DNA of 43,194 nucleotides, from contig JBBQYG010000013.1 in the NCBI GenBank assembly GCA_038208905.1, positions 1-43,194 on the forward strand, in the 5' to 3' direction. Under the pieces are notes generated by a model. It saw only the letters and a program-made list of their open reading frames with translations, did no database searches and had not been told where the DNA came from. The translations under genes and the position numbers were made by a program. Each line of letters starts with the position of its first letter. Position 1 is the stretch's first letter. Of this stretch, positions 7,751 through 16,996 are shown piece by piece. The DNA is from Candidatus Sumerlaeia bacterium. Its GTDB lineage: Bacteria; Sumerlaeota; Sumerlaeia; SLMS01.

Positions 7751-9946
7751 CTACTTTCCGGTCGAAACGACCGCCGTGACCCATCCGTCGAGTCCGGTTG
7801 TATAGACAACACCATCCTCCACCACGGGTGTCGAGTGGACAAAGAGCTTCGGTGAGACGCGGTAGCGCCAGGCAAGCGTTCCCGTCTCCGCGTCGGAAAC
7901 GCTCAGCAGGCCGATGCCACTCGTCATATAGGCGTAGCCACCTGCAATGGTGCCCGGGGCTGGAGTACGATCTCCGTTCGCGGTTGTGGTCCAGACCGGC
8001 GATCCATCGACGGCAATCATGCTCCAAGGCTTTTCCAGATTCCTAGTCAGCAGCCTCAAGCCATCCCCGCTGGCGGTGATTGCTGAGACATTCTCCGCAA
8101 TCTTGCCTACGTACTTTCCGTCCAGCGTATAGCGCCCGAGCCAATAGCCGCGGTCGGTCACGAAGATCGAATCGCCGAGCACAACCGGCGCGGTGTCGGC
8201 GGAGCCATAGTAGCGGACAAGTCGCTCCTGGCTGCGGGGGCTGGCCGTCTTCCATGCGGACTTTCCCGTCCTGCGGTCAACTGCGTGGAGATAGCCATCC
8301 CATGCGCCAAAGAGGAGCAGATCGCCCGCGATGGTCGGCGCCGCCTCGATGGCATAGTCGGGATCGGTATTGCGCCAGACCTCCTTGCCGGTCTCTGCGT
8401 TGAGCGCTATCAGGTCGGCGCCATTGGTGCCGAAATAGACGATGCCCTTTTCATCCACCGTGGGCGAGGAATAGACGCCCTTGGCGTCCTTCCATATCCA
8501 TGCCTCGTTGCCGTTTTCCAGCAGAGAGCGGAAGGTGCCGTCGGTTGCGCCAAACAGAATCTGGCCGCCATAGGTTGTGGCCGAGCCGATTACCTCTGCG
8601 CCGATCTCCTTCTTCCATCGCTCCTTGCCGTCCTTGGCGCGCAAGGAGTAGAAGGAGCCGTCGTTCGCTCCAACATAGAGGTTTCCATTATAGAGAAGTG
8701 GTGTCGCGCGCGAACCGCCGTCGAGTTGCGTCCTCCAGACCGCGCGGCCCTGACCGGGCGCGTTCTTGCGCTCCACGAAAAAGGAAACGCTGCGCTGATA
8801 CTTCCCACCGTCGGCGGTCTCGAAGCGAACGCGCAGGAAATGGGCGCCGTTGTCGAGGGTTGTGGTGTCTATCTTGCCGGTAGCCTTGCCGCTCCTGAGG
8901 GTCAGTTCGACGGTCTTCTCGTCGTCGATATCGGCAAAGACCTTGGGCGTTGTCGCATCGCCCAGCGAGGTGGAGACAGAGATGGAAAGCGAGTCGCCGG
9001 TATAGCGGCGCGACTCCCGGGGGGAGGAAAATTCGATGCGGGGATACGGCGCACCCGGAGCCAAGGGCTTGTGCAGGAGTTCCTTGGTCGCGTTCTCCTG
9101 GCCAAGGTAGCGATACACCACGGAGAGCATCCCCTTGTCCACGAGGCAGACGCTGTAGCCATCGACCGGATTGGCGGCGGCCTCCTTGGAGAAGGTTGAC
9201 CCGCCGTGGACTTCGTCGAGCTCGCCATAGGTCTTCTTATAGACAGCCGCGTGGTGATGTCCCACGAAGAGCGATACGACATTGTGACCGCGAAGGGCAT
9301 CAACGAGCCGATCCTTGTCATAGTTGGAGGCAAATCCATCGTTCTCCAGCGGATGATGGAAGAGGACGAAAACGGGGGCGGCGACTGGGATGCCGGCCAG
9401 TGTGCCCTTGAGGTACTCGATCGTTTCATGACTGAAGGAGGGGAGGGGATCCTGAATGGAGGCGCTGTTGAGGAAGATGAAGTGGACCCCCTCGTATTCG
9501 AAGGCATAGTTCACGCCGCCGTGGCGCCGCCGGAGCTCGTTATTGTCGGAGACCCAGGTATTGTCATGGTTCCCCGTGGTCCAAAACTGGGGGATGGAAA
9601 TTCCCCCGAAGTATTTGTCGTAAACGGCAAGCGTGGGATCGGGAAAGCCGTACTCCACCACGTCGCCCGTGAGCGCGACGAATTCCGGAGGTGGCGCGGT
9701 GATGCGCAGGGGCTCCAGCAGAACGGAGCCAAGGCCGACAATAGTGCGTATCGCCTTGTAGCTTCGCTGGTCATCAAGGCTGGCAGGCATTTCGAGGTGT
9801 GGCCCCAGATGCGGGTCGGATACGTGCAGGAAGGAGAACGTGCCGATCGGCTCGCGCGGAGGCGGTGGCGTTACCGCCGGCGGCGCCTGCGCGGGGGCGG
9901 TGCCGACAATGGCGAGGAGTAGCGAAACGGCGGCGATTTTTTTCAA
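7751..9946 (-). CDS. Secreted calcineurin-like metallophosphoesterase fused to an Ig-like domain and a PQQ/BamB-type beta-propeller
   Basis: Signal peptide (TTG start 9946 with GGGAG upstream; KKIAAVSLLLAIVGTAPAQA). Motifs HVSDPH, GDVVE, GNHD, FHHP, GHHH. C-terminal propeller repeats such as LIALNAETGKEVW and LHAVDRRTGKSAW. Confidence 0.88.
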   Translation of the reverse strand: MKKIAAVSLLLAIVGTAPAQAPPAVTPPPPREPIGTFSFLHVSDPHLGPHLEMPASLDDQRSYKAIRTIVGLGSVLLEPLRITAPPPEFVALTGDVVEYGFPDPTLAVYDKYFGGISIPQFWTTGNHDNTWVSDNNELRRRHGGVNYAFEYEGVHFIFLNSASIQDPLPSFSHETIEYLKGTLAGIPVAAPVFVLFHHPLENDGFASNYDKDRLVDALRGHNVVSLFVGHHHAAVYKKTYGELDEVHGGSTFSKEAAANPVDGYSVCLVDKGMLSVVYRYLGQENATKELLHKPLAPGAPYPRIEFSSPRESRRYTGDSLSISVSTSLGDATTPKVFADIDDEKTVELTLRSGKATGKIDTTTLDNGAHFLRVRFETADGGKYQRSVSFFVERKNAPGQGRAVWRTQLDGGSRATPLLYNGNLYVGANDGSFYSLRAKDGKERWKKEIGAEVIGSATTYGGQILFGATDGTFRSLLENGNEAWIWKDAKGVYSSPTVDEKGIVYFGTNGADLIALNAETGKEVWRNTDPDYAIEAAPTIAGDLLLFGAWDGYLHAVDRRTGKSAWKTASPRSQERLVRYYGSADTAPVVLGDSIFVTDRGYWLGRYTLDGKYVGKIAENVSAITASGDGLRLLTRNLEKPWSMIAVDGSPVWTTTANGDRTPAPGTIAGGYAYMTSGIGLLSVSDAETGTLAWRYRVSPKLFVHSTPVVEDGVVYTTGLDGWVTAVVSTGK

Positions 9947-9983
9947 GGCACGTGCTCCCGGCTGGAATAGATCCAAATCGTGG

Positions 9984-10062
9984 CGTCAAGCGCGCGAGCG
10001 TCCAGCGGAATGTGGATTTGTACATACGGAGAGAAGGCTTGCCTCATGGCGCGCGCTTGTCG
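9984..10062. promoter_or_regulatory. 13-bp imperfect inverted repeat in a divergent intergenic region
   Basis: CGTCAAGCGCGCG (9984-9996) and CGCGCGCTTGTCG (10050-10062) are 12/13 complementary with a 53-bp spacer. Function is inferred only. Confidence 0.35.
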
Positions 10063-10126
10063 ACAAAGACTCTCGCGCCTTGGAGGAGAACATCGCGCTG
10101 CCGTTAATTCCCGGGGAGAACTAATC

Positions 10127-12634
10127 ATGGTGCATTCGCGAATTGCGGCGATTGGGTGCATCGTGGCGCTCGTGCTCGTCGCCACGTTCGGCAAGTCGCG
10201 GGCCGCGGACACGGAGCGCAAGCTCGTCGATATCCCGGTTCCGGATCTCTTCGTGCTGAACTCCATCACGGAGTTGGGGCTCGACGTGTGGGAGATCCGG
10301 GACGGCGCGGCGTTGGCGTATATCGATGCGGGCGAGGAGGCGCGCTTGGCGGCCGAGGCAATCGCCTTCGTGCCGTCCTCCGCCTACTCCGCCGTCCCCG
10401 ATCCCAAGGGCACCCCGAGCTATCCAACCTTCGACGAGTACGTTGCCGAGATGCAAGCGTGGAGCACCACCTATCCAGAGATCACAAGCCTGTTCTCCAT
10501 GGGCCAGAGCGGAGAGGGGCGCGAACTGTGGGTTCTTAGAATTAGCGACAACCCGGCGGTGGACGAGGGCGAGCCGGAAGTGCTGCTGATGTCCCTCCAG
10601 CACGCGCGGGAGTGGCTTTCGGGCACGACCCTGCAGGGGATCGCGGAGCACATACTCTCAGGCTATGGAAGCGACCCCGACGCGACGGCGATTGTCGATG
10701 GAATGCAGCTTTACGTGATGCTGGTTTCCAATCCAGACGGCTATGTCTATACGCACACGACACAACGACTATGGCGCAAGAACCGCACGCCAAATAACGA
10801 CGGCACATTTGGCGTGGATCTGAACCGCAACTGGCCCTATCAGTGGAACACGGCGACCTCCCAAACTTCCAGCAACCTCTATCGTGGGCCGTCTCCCCTC
10901 AGCGAGCCTGAGAACATCGCGCTGAACAACTGGATCGCCTCCCGGGGGGAGAAGCTCCTCGGCATTCTCAACTACCATACCTATGGCCAGCTCATCATGT
11001 ATAGCTGGGCCTATACCACGGCCGATCCGCCAAACAAGGAAGCCTACGGTCCCGTCATCCGCGAGATGAAGAACCTGATCCTTGCGGCGGGCGGCGCGAC
11101 CTATACCGACGGACCGTGGGCACAGGCCCTCGGCTATGTCGGCGGAGGAACGACCGACGACTACGTCCACGCGGTGCTCGGCGTGCCCACGATCACGCTG
11201 GAGCTTCGGCCCGCGACCGAAAGCCAGGGCGGATTCACGCCGCCGACCACCTTCATCGAGCCGACACTGGCGGAGAACATCCCCGCCGCGATCTATTTCC
11301 TGAAATGGGTACTCGGCTCGGCGGACGGCGGCGAAGATTTCCGAATCGCCAACATCCGGGCGACCGCCGGAGCCACGACGATTCGTTTCGACTACGAGAC
11401 GAATCAGCAGGCGCGATGCGCCATCGAGTTTGGCCCGACTCCGGAACTGGGCCAAGTTATAGAGAACCTCAAGCTAAACGACCTGCGCCATATCACGACG
11501 CTGACCGGACTCACGTCCGGATCGGTTGTCCATGCACGCGTCCGGGCAGACCGCTATGGCGGGGGGCGGTACTATTCCAGCATCGTGCGGGTTCCACTCG
11601 AAGTTCAACCCGCCTCGCCGACTCTCCTCGCTGTGACAAGGGGGGGCGATCACCGGGTGCGGCTCTCATGGTCGCCGCAGGCGGGGGTTGCGGGATTCCG
11701 AATACAGGAGAGCCTCGACCGCTCGACGTGGACAACGGTTGCCGACGAGTCAATGGTGCTCGCCGCCGCCACCTCGATTGAGCTCAATATAGACAATGAG
11801 TTCTTGGTTCGCCACTATCGGATCGTCGCGGTATCGGCAACGCTCCTAGTGTCGGAGAGCGCGCCGAGCGATGTCTATTCGATCCTGCCAACGAATGATG
11901 CGCCGGGCATCCTGCTGGTGGACGGCTATGATCGGTGGAATGCGAAGGCGCCGCCGCAAGGGGGGAGCCAGGACTTCCTGACGGATGTTGGTGTCTGCGT
12001 GGCTGCGTATCCCGCTGGATTCGAGAGTTGCGCCAACGAGGCGCTGGGATCTGCCATCGACATTTCCGGGTATGGGACCCTGATCTGGATGCTCGGCGAC
12101 GAATCCACCGTGGATCGAAGCTTCACGCAGGGCGAACAGGCGATCGTGCGCGAGTTTCTGGAGGTGGGCGGCAACCTGTTCGTGACGGGCTCGGCAACGG
12201 CATTCGATCTGGGGCGCACGGGTGCAGCGGCGAACGACATCGCATTCCTGAGGGACTATCTGGGCGCGGGTTTCGTCGCGGAGAACCCCTCCGCCGACAC
12301 AGCCACGGGGGCCGGTGCGGGAACGCCGTTTGGCAGCCGTGTGATTCGCTTCAACGACAGCCGGTGGGGTACGTTTGGCGTAGCCTCTCCGGATACCATT
12401 TCCGCACAGGGTGGCGGAATCGTCGCATTGACCTTCGCCGGTGGCGCCGTCGCGGGCGTGCACGCGACCAGGCAGTTTGGCAACTCCGCAGAAACAGGCC
12501 GCGTCGTATTTTTTGGCTTCCCCTTCGAGCTCATCCTGACAGACTCCGCGCGCGAAGGAGTGATGGCCGATGTGCTGGACTACTTCGCCCATCAGAAGGT
12601 AGCGGTTCCCGAGTCATGGATGCTACTCTTCTAG
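10127..12634 (+). CDS. Secreted M14 zinc carboxypeptidase (carboxypeptidase T-like) with FN3-like domains and a C-terminal alpha/beta domain
   Basis: Signal peptide after ATG 10127 (GGAG RBS). HAREW, NPDG, WRKNR, GVDLNRNW, SEPE, HTY and TLEL motifs, followed by beta-rich FN3-like segments; ends ...AVPESWMLLF. Confidence 0.9.
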   Translation: MVHSRIAAIGCIVALVLVATFGKSRAADTERKLVDIPVPDLFVLNSITELGLDVWEIRDGAALAYIDAGEEARLAAEAIAFVPSSAYSAVPDPKGTPSYPTFDEYVAEMQAWSTTYPEITSLFSMGQSGEGRELWVLRISDNPAVDEGEPEVLLMSLQHAREWLSGTTLQGIAEHILSGYGSDPDATAIVDGMQLYVMLVSNPDGYVYTHTTQRLWRKNRTPNNDGTFGVDLNRNWPYQWNTATSQTSSNLYRGPSPLSEPENIALNNWIASRGEKLLGILNYHTYGQLIMYSWAYTTADPPNKEAYGPVIREMKNLILAAGGATYTDGPWAQALGYVGGGTTDDYVHAVLGVPTITLELRPATESQGGFTPPTTFIEPTLAENIPAAIYFLKWVLGSADGGEDFRIANIRATAGATTIRFDYETNQQARCAIEFGPTPELGQVIENLKLNDLRHITTLTGLTSGSVVHARVRADRYGGGRYYSSIVRVPLEVQPASPTLLAVTRGGDHRVRLSWSPQAGVAGFRIQESLDRSTWTTVADESMVLAAATSIELNIDNEFLVRHYRIVAVSATLLVSESAPSDVYSILPTNDAPGILLVDGYDRWNAKAPPQGGSQDFLTDVGVCVAAYPAGFESCANEALGSAIDISGYGTLIWMLGDESTVDRSFTQGEQAIVREFLEVGGNLFVTGSATAFDLGRTGAAANDIAFLRDYLGAGFVAENPSADTATGAGAGTPFGSRVIRFNDSRWGTFGVASPDTISAQGGGIVALTFAGGAVAGVHATRQFGNSAETGRVVFFGFPFELILTDSAREGVMADVLDYFAHQKVAVPESWMLLF

Positions 12635-12667
12635 GCTCGCAAGAGACTTCCCGCTAAGGATATCTTC

Positions 12668-14902
12668 ATGACACGACGCAGTTTTTGGCTCGCGCTGACG
12701 ACAGTCGCCGTTCTTCCCAGCATGGTTGCAGCGCAGTATCCGACGAGCGCGGGGTATTCGGAGGGTACCGACCTGGTGCTGGAGCGTTCGCTGGCCCGCG
12801 GCGTCACGCATCGCTTCGAGGCAAAGGCGGAGGGTCCCTTGACGATCAACACGCTGGAGTTCGACCCCAAGGATCCTCGCCTGCGACTCGAATCAGAGAA
12901 GGGTCATGCGAAGATGGGCGGCCGCGAGCCGGTGGGGGCCATGATGGAGCGCATCGCGACGGAGGACCTTCGCCCGATTGCGGGTATCAATGGCGATTTC
13001 TACGGGGGCGGCGGAGAGCCTGTCCACATGTTCGTGGACGAGGGTACAATCTGGCGCGGGCCGTGGACGCAGCGCAGCGAGGAAGGCACGAAAACGCGCC
13101 CAGTGGTGGCAGTGGATGCAGCGGGAAACTCCTTCGTCGGCACTCCGCGCTTCACGGCGAATCTGCGCGGCGGCGCGGGCGAGGTGCTGCTGATCGACAA
13201 GATCAACTTTCATGACAACGCCTCGCTGGCCACCGCATATACATGGGCCAAGGGCGAGCGCACTGCCGCGATCCGCGAAAACCAGTCGCAGATCGTGCTG
13301 GAACTGGCGACGCCGGAGTGGCTCCCCAACTCCCCCGCCACCGTCACGGTCAAGACCGTTGACCAAGGGCCCGACGCGGCGCTGACAAAGACGACCGTCG
13401 TGATCCACGCCGACAACCCGATTCCCAATTGGATCGCAGCCGACGCGAAGCTCACGCTCGACGCGCGATTCGAAGGACTCCCCGGCAAAGTGACTGCGGT
13501 GATGGGCGGGCTCCCCCGCCTGATCGACAACGGCGTGAAGGATCCCAAGCGATTCGGCGCCGAGGACGCTGCGGGCGCGACATTCGTTACCGACCTTCAT
13601 CCGCGCACCGGCGTGGGCCGAAAGCCCGATGGAACGCTGGTTTTCGTCACCGTGGATGGTCGCCAGCCCAGGCGCAGCCGCGGCATCGACTTGATCGATT
13701 TCGCCGACTACTTCGAGTCGATCGGCTGCACCGATGCGGTCAATCTGGACGGTGGCGGATCGACGACGATGGTGACTCGCGGGGAGGTCGTCAACTTTCC
13801 GTCGGATCCTGGCGGCTCGCGGTCTGTCAGCAACGCACTCATCCTCAGCCGCACGGGTCCTCGCGGCCCGCTTGCGAAGATTGCCGTGCTACCGCCCGGC
13901 GCCATCGTTCCCGTGGGGAGCATCGTGACTTTCAAAGTAGAGGGCTACGACGCGGAGGGCGAGCAAGTTCCGCTGACCGCCATGCCCCGCATCGAGTACC
14001 GGGAGGGGAAGTCCACCACGCCGTTCACAGAGAGCGTGTCCTTCACGAAGGCAGGCACGGGTACCGTGGTCGCCACGATGCCGGGCGAGAAGCCCATCAT
14101 GGCCGTTACGACGGTGCAGGCAATGGTGCCCGCGACGGTGCGCCTGCATCCGCGGACGCTGCTGCTGGACCGCGGCGCGGCGAAGCAGGTCTCCTTTGAG
14201 CTGACCGGAAAAGCCGGTGAGCGATTCCACCCCAACTTTGCGCCAGCCGACGTGACAATTCCCGACTGCGTTGCTTTCGACGCGGAGACGAGGACGGTTA
14301 CGGCCAAGGGCACGGGATCGGGAGTCATCAAGTTCATGTTCGGCGAGGTGGTTGCCGAGCTCCCCGTGGCGGCGGAGACATACGCAACCTCCATCGCGGA
14401 TTCGTTCGAGGCAGCGCCCAGGCTGCCGCTGGAACTGCTCCGCGCCAATGACGCGAAGACGACGCTGACGCTTGATGCTTCGCGCTCCCGCGACGGCGCG
14501 GCGAGCTGGAAGCTGGACTATGCGATGCGGCCGGGCGGCGTGACCAAGATCGGCGTCAACATGGCGGTCGAGCTCCCCGGCGATCCGATCGAAGTGGGCC
14601 TGTGGGTCTATGGCGATGGCAACGCCCAGTGGCTGCGAGGCGACCTCAAGGATTCGCGGAATCTGACCTACAAGATGGACTTCACGGATTCGGCCAACGG
14701 GATCGACTGGAAGGACGAGTGGAAGTTCCTGCGCGCGTCGATCCAGGACGCGGGGAGCCTTGGCGGCGGTGTGCCACCGCCCACCCCCCCCTATCGCCTG
14801 GTGAGCGTGTACATCGCCCAGCCCCAGGAGGCCGCCAAGCGCGACGGCACCATTTGGATCGACGCGGCCACGGCGATTGCCCTTCCCGCGGGGGCTCCAT
14901 GA
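12668..14902 (+). CDS. Secreted phosphodiester glycosidase (NAGPA-family) protein with Ig-like and C-terminal CBM-like domains
   Basis: Signal peptide; GINGDFY, HPRTGVG, VTVDGRQ, AVNLDGGGSTTM, NFPSD...RSVSNAL; C-terminal beta domain with GLWVYGDG...WLRG and IDWKDEWK. Confidence 0.88.
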   Translation: MTRRSFWLALTTVAVLPSMVAAQYPTSAGYSEGTDLVLERSLARGVTHRFEAKAEGPLTINTLEFDPKDPRLRLESEKGHAKMGGREPVGAMMERIATEDLRPIAGINGDFYGGGGEPVHMFVDEGTIWRGPWTQRSEEGTKTRPVVAVDAAGNSFVGTPRFTANLRGGAGEVLLIDKINFHDNASLATAYTWAKGERTAAIRENQSQIVLELATPEWLPNSPATVTVKTVDQGPDAALTKTTVVIHADNPIPNWIAADAKLTLDARFEGLPGKVTAVMGGLPRLIDNGVKDPKRFGAEDAAGATFVTDLHPRTGVGRKPDGTLVFVTVDGRQPRRSRGIDLIDFADYFESIGCTDAVNLDGGGSTTMVTRGEVVNFPSDPGGSRSVSNALILSRTGPRGPLAKIAVLPPGAIVPVGSIVTFKVEGYDAEGEQVPLTAMPRIEYREGKSTTPFTESVSFTKAGTGTVVATMPGEKPIMAVTTVQAMVPATVRLHPRTLLLDRGAAKQVSFELTGKAGERFHPNFAPADVTIPDCVAFDAETRTVTAKGTGSGVIKFMFGEVVAELPVAAETYATSIADSFEAAPRLPLELLRANDAKTTLTLDASRSRDGAASWKLDYAMRPGGVTKIGVNMAVELPGDPIEVGLWVYGDGNAQWLRGDLKDSRNLTYKMDFTDSANGIDWKDEWKFLRASIQDAGSLGGGVPPPTPPYRLVSVYIAQPQEAAKRDGTIWIDAATAIALPAGAP

Positions 14903-14917
14903 CGGCGCCTCTCCGCC

Positions 14918-14946
14918 TTGACACTCGACACCGAGCGTCCCATCAT
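14918..14946 (+). promoter_or_regulatory. Putative sigma70 promoter of gmk-coaBC
   Basis: TTGACA (14918-14923), 17-nt spacer, CATCAT (14941-14946), 50 nt upstream of the gmk GTG. Confidence 0.6.
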
Positions 14947-14996
14947 ATCACCGAATTGAAGGGCGCCCCACCCCGCCATCCAGGAGCACCCACCGC

Positions 14997-15641
14997 GTGA
15001 TCGAGTTCGAGCTGAAGAGGTCTGGAATACTTTTCGTCGTTTCCGCCCCCAGCGGAGGCGGAAAGTCCACGATTATCCGCGAACTGCTCGCCAACGATGC
15101 CACGCTTTCCTATTCGATCAGCGGCACGACGCGGGCCGCCCGCAGCGACGAGCAGGAAGGCCGAGAGTACTACTTCTACTCCATTGAGGACTTTCAGCGA
15201 CTCATCGACGAGGATCGCCTCTATGAGTATGCGCTCGTTCACGGCAACTATTACGGCACGCTGAAGTCAGAGGTGGACAGCAAGCTGCACGCGGGCGGCG
15301 ATGTGATTCTGGACCTCGATGTGCAGGGAAGCGTGGAGCTGAAGAAGAAGGCTCCAGAATGCGTCTCGATCTTCATCCTTCCCCCCTCCCTCGCCACGCT
15401 GGAGAAGCGCCTGCGCGGCCGCGGGAGCGACGAGGAAGAGACGATCCAGCGGCGCTTGCTGAACGCGCGCACGGAGTTGCGCATGGCCGAGCGGTACGAC
15501 TACGTGCTGGTGAACCGGGTGCTGACCGAAACCATCGAACAAATGAAGACCATCATCGCGGCCGAACGATTCCGCGCGTCGCGCCTCACCGTGCGCGACA
15601 GCCTCGGCAGCCTCCTCGTCTCGGCGGGTAGCGAAGCCTGA
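14997..15641 (+). CDS. gmk: Guanylate kinase
   Basis: SAPSGGGKSTI, SISGTTR, GREYYF, EYALVHGNYYGT, LDLDVQG, SIFILPPS; AGGAG RBS. Confidence 0.97.
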   Translation: MIEFELKRSGILFVVSAPSGGGKSTIIRELLANDATLSYSISGTTRAARSDEQEGREYYFYSIEDFQRLIDEDRLYEYALVHGNYYGTLKSEVDSKLHAGGDVILDLDVQGSVELKKKAPECVSIFILPPSLATLEKRLRGRGSDEEETIQRRLLNARTELRMAERYDYVLVNRVLTETIEQMKTIIAAERFRASRLTVRDSLGSLLVSAGSEA

Positions 15642-15661
15642 GCGCCGCATCCCGGACGCCG

Positions 15662-16894
15662 ATGGATTTGCTTGACGGATTGCGCGGTGCCCGCGTGCTC
15701 CTCGGCGTGTCGTCCTCGATCGCCGCGCACCGGGCGCTGGACCTTGCGAGCCTGCTGCGCAAGCAGGGGGCCGAGGTCCGCGCGGTCCTCACGGCCAATG
15801 TTCCCAACCTGATCGGCGCTGCCGCTTTCGATGCCATCACCCACCAGCGCACCATCACCAGCCTGTGGGACAGCCCGACGGCGGGAGAGATGGATCATCT
15901 GGCGGTAACGAAGTGGGCCGAGGTTTTCGTGGTGTGCCCGTGCACGGCGAATACGCTGGCTGTGCTGGCCCACGGAATTGCCTCGGACGCCCTCGGCACC
16001 TTTGCGATCGCGTGGAACAAGTCCCCACTGCTGATTGCGCCCGCGATGAATCCCGAGATGTGGCGCAATGCCGCGGTGCGCGCGAATATGGAGACCCTGA
16101 GGGCGCGCGGCCATGTTTTTGTGGGGCCGGTGGAGGGCCGCACCGCCTGCGACGACGATGGCGCGGGACGCTTGGCCCCGGTGGAATCCATCGCGTCGGC
16201 CGTGGCTGAACAGCTTCGCGGCCGTGCCGGGAAAGGACCGCTGGCGGGTCGCACAATCCTGGTCACCAGCGGCCCGACGCGCGAATTCGCCGACCACGTG
16301 CGCTGCATCACGAATCCATCCACGGGGCGCCAGGGAATCGCACTCGCCCGCGAGGCGACGCGCCAAGGCGCCAATGTGATCCTGATCCTCGGCCCAACTT
16401 CCGTGGCAGTGCCCGGCGAGATCGGCCACACCATCCGAGTGACGAGCGCCGAAGAGATGCTGGCGGCGGTGCTGGAGAATCTCCCAACCGCCGATGCCAC
16501 AATCTTCGCGGCGGCGGTCAGCGACTGGCGGCCTGTCGATTTCCTCAACGGCAAGGCCAAGAAGGAAGACGGCGAGCGGGAAATGACGCTTCGCCTGGAG
16601 CGAACCCCCGACATCGCCGCCACGGCCAACCAGCGGCGTCGCCCCGGGCAGGTCTTCGTCGGTTTTGCCGCCGAGAGCGAGAACCTCGAGGGCTATGCGG
16701 GAGAGAAGATGCACCGAAAGGGATTCGCCATCGTCTTTGCCAACCCGATCAACGAGGCGGGCGCCGGATTCGCCAGCGAGACCAATCGCGGCCTTCTCCT
16801 GCGCGACGACGGCTCCAAGCGCGAGGTTGCATCGGCAAGCAAGGATGAGATCGCACAGATCATACTTGGCGAGCTGACAGCGCAGCTTCAGTAG
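15662..16894 (+). CDS. coaBC: Bifunctional phosphopantothenoylcysteine decarboxylase / phosphopantothenate-cysteine ligase
   Basis: PCTANT, APAMNPEMW, ACDDDGAGRL, TSGPTRE..D.VR.ITNPSTG, AAAVSDW, VGFAAES. Confidence 0.96.
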   Translation: MDLLDGLRGARVLLGVSSSIAAHRALDLASLLRKQGAEVRAVLTANVPNLIGAAAFDAITHQRTITSLWDSPTAGEMDHLAVTKWAEVFVVCPCTANTLAVLAHGIASDALGTFAIAWNKSPLLIAPAMNPEMWRNAAVRANMETLRARGHVFVGPVEGRTACDDDGAGRLAPVESIASAVAEQLRGRAGKGPLAGRTILVTSGPTREFADHVRCITNPSTGRQGIALAREATRQGANVILILGPTSVAVPGEIGHTIRVTSAEEMLAAVLENLPTADATIFAAAVSDWRPVDFLNGKAKKEDGEREMTLRLERTPDIAATANQRRRPGQVFVGFAAESENLEGYAGEKMHRKGFAIVFANPINEAGAGFASETNRGLLLRDDGSKREVASASKDEIAQIILGELTAQLQ

Positions 16895-16996
16895 CCGACC
16901 TCAGTTTTCCGCTCGCAATGCTTGACACCGTCGATTCCCGGGAGAGCCATTTGGACCCTCGAGGGCGCGCCCTTGATTCAAGCGAGGCGGACGGGA

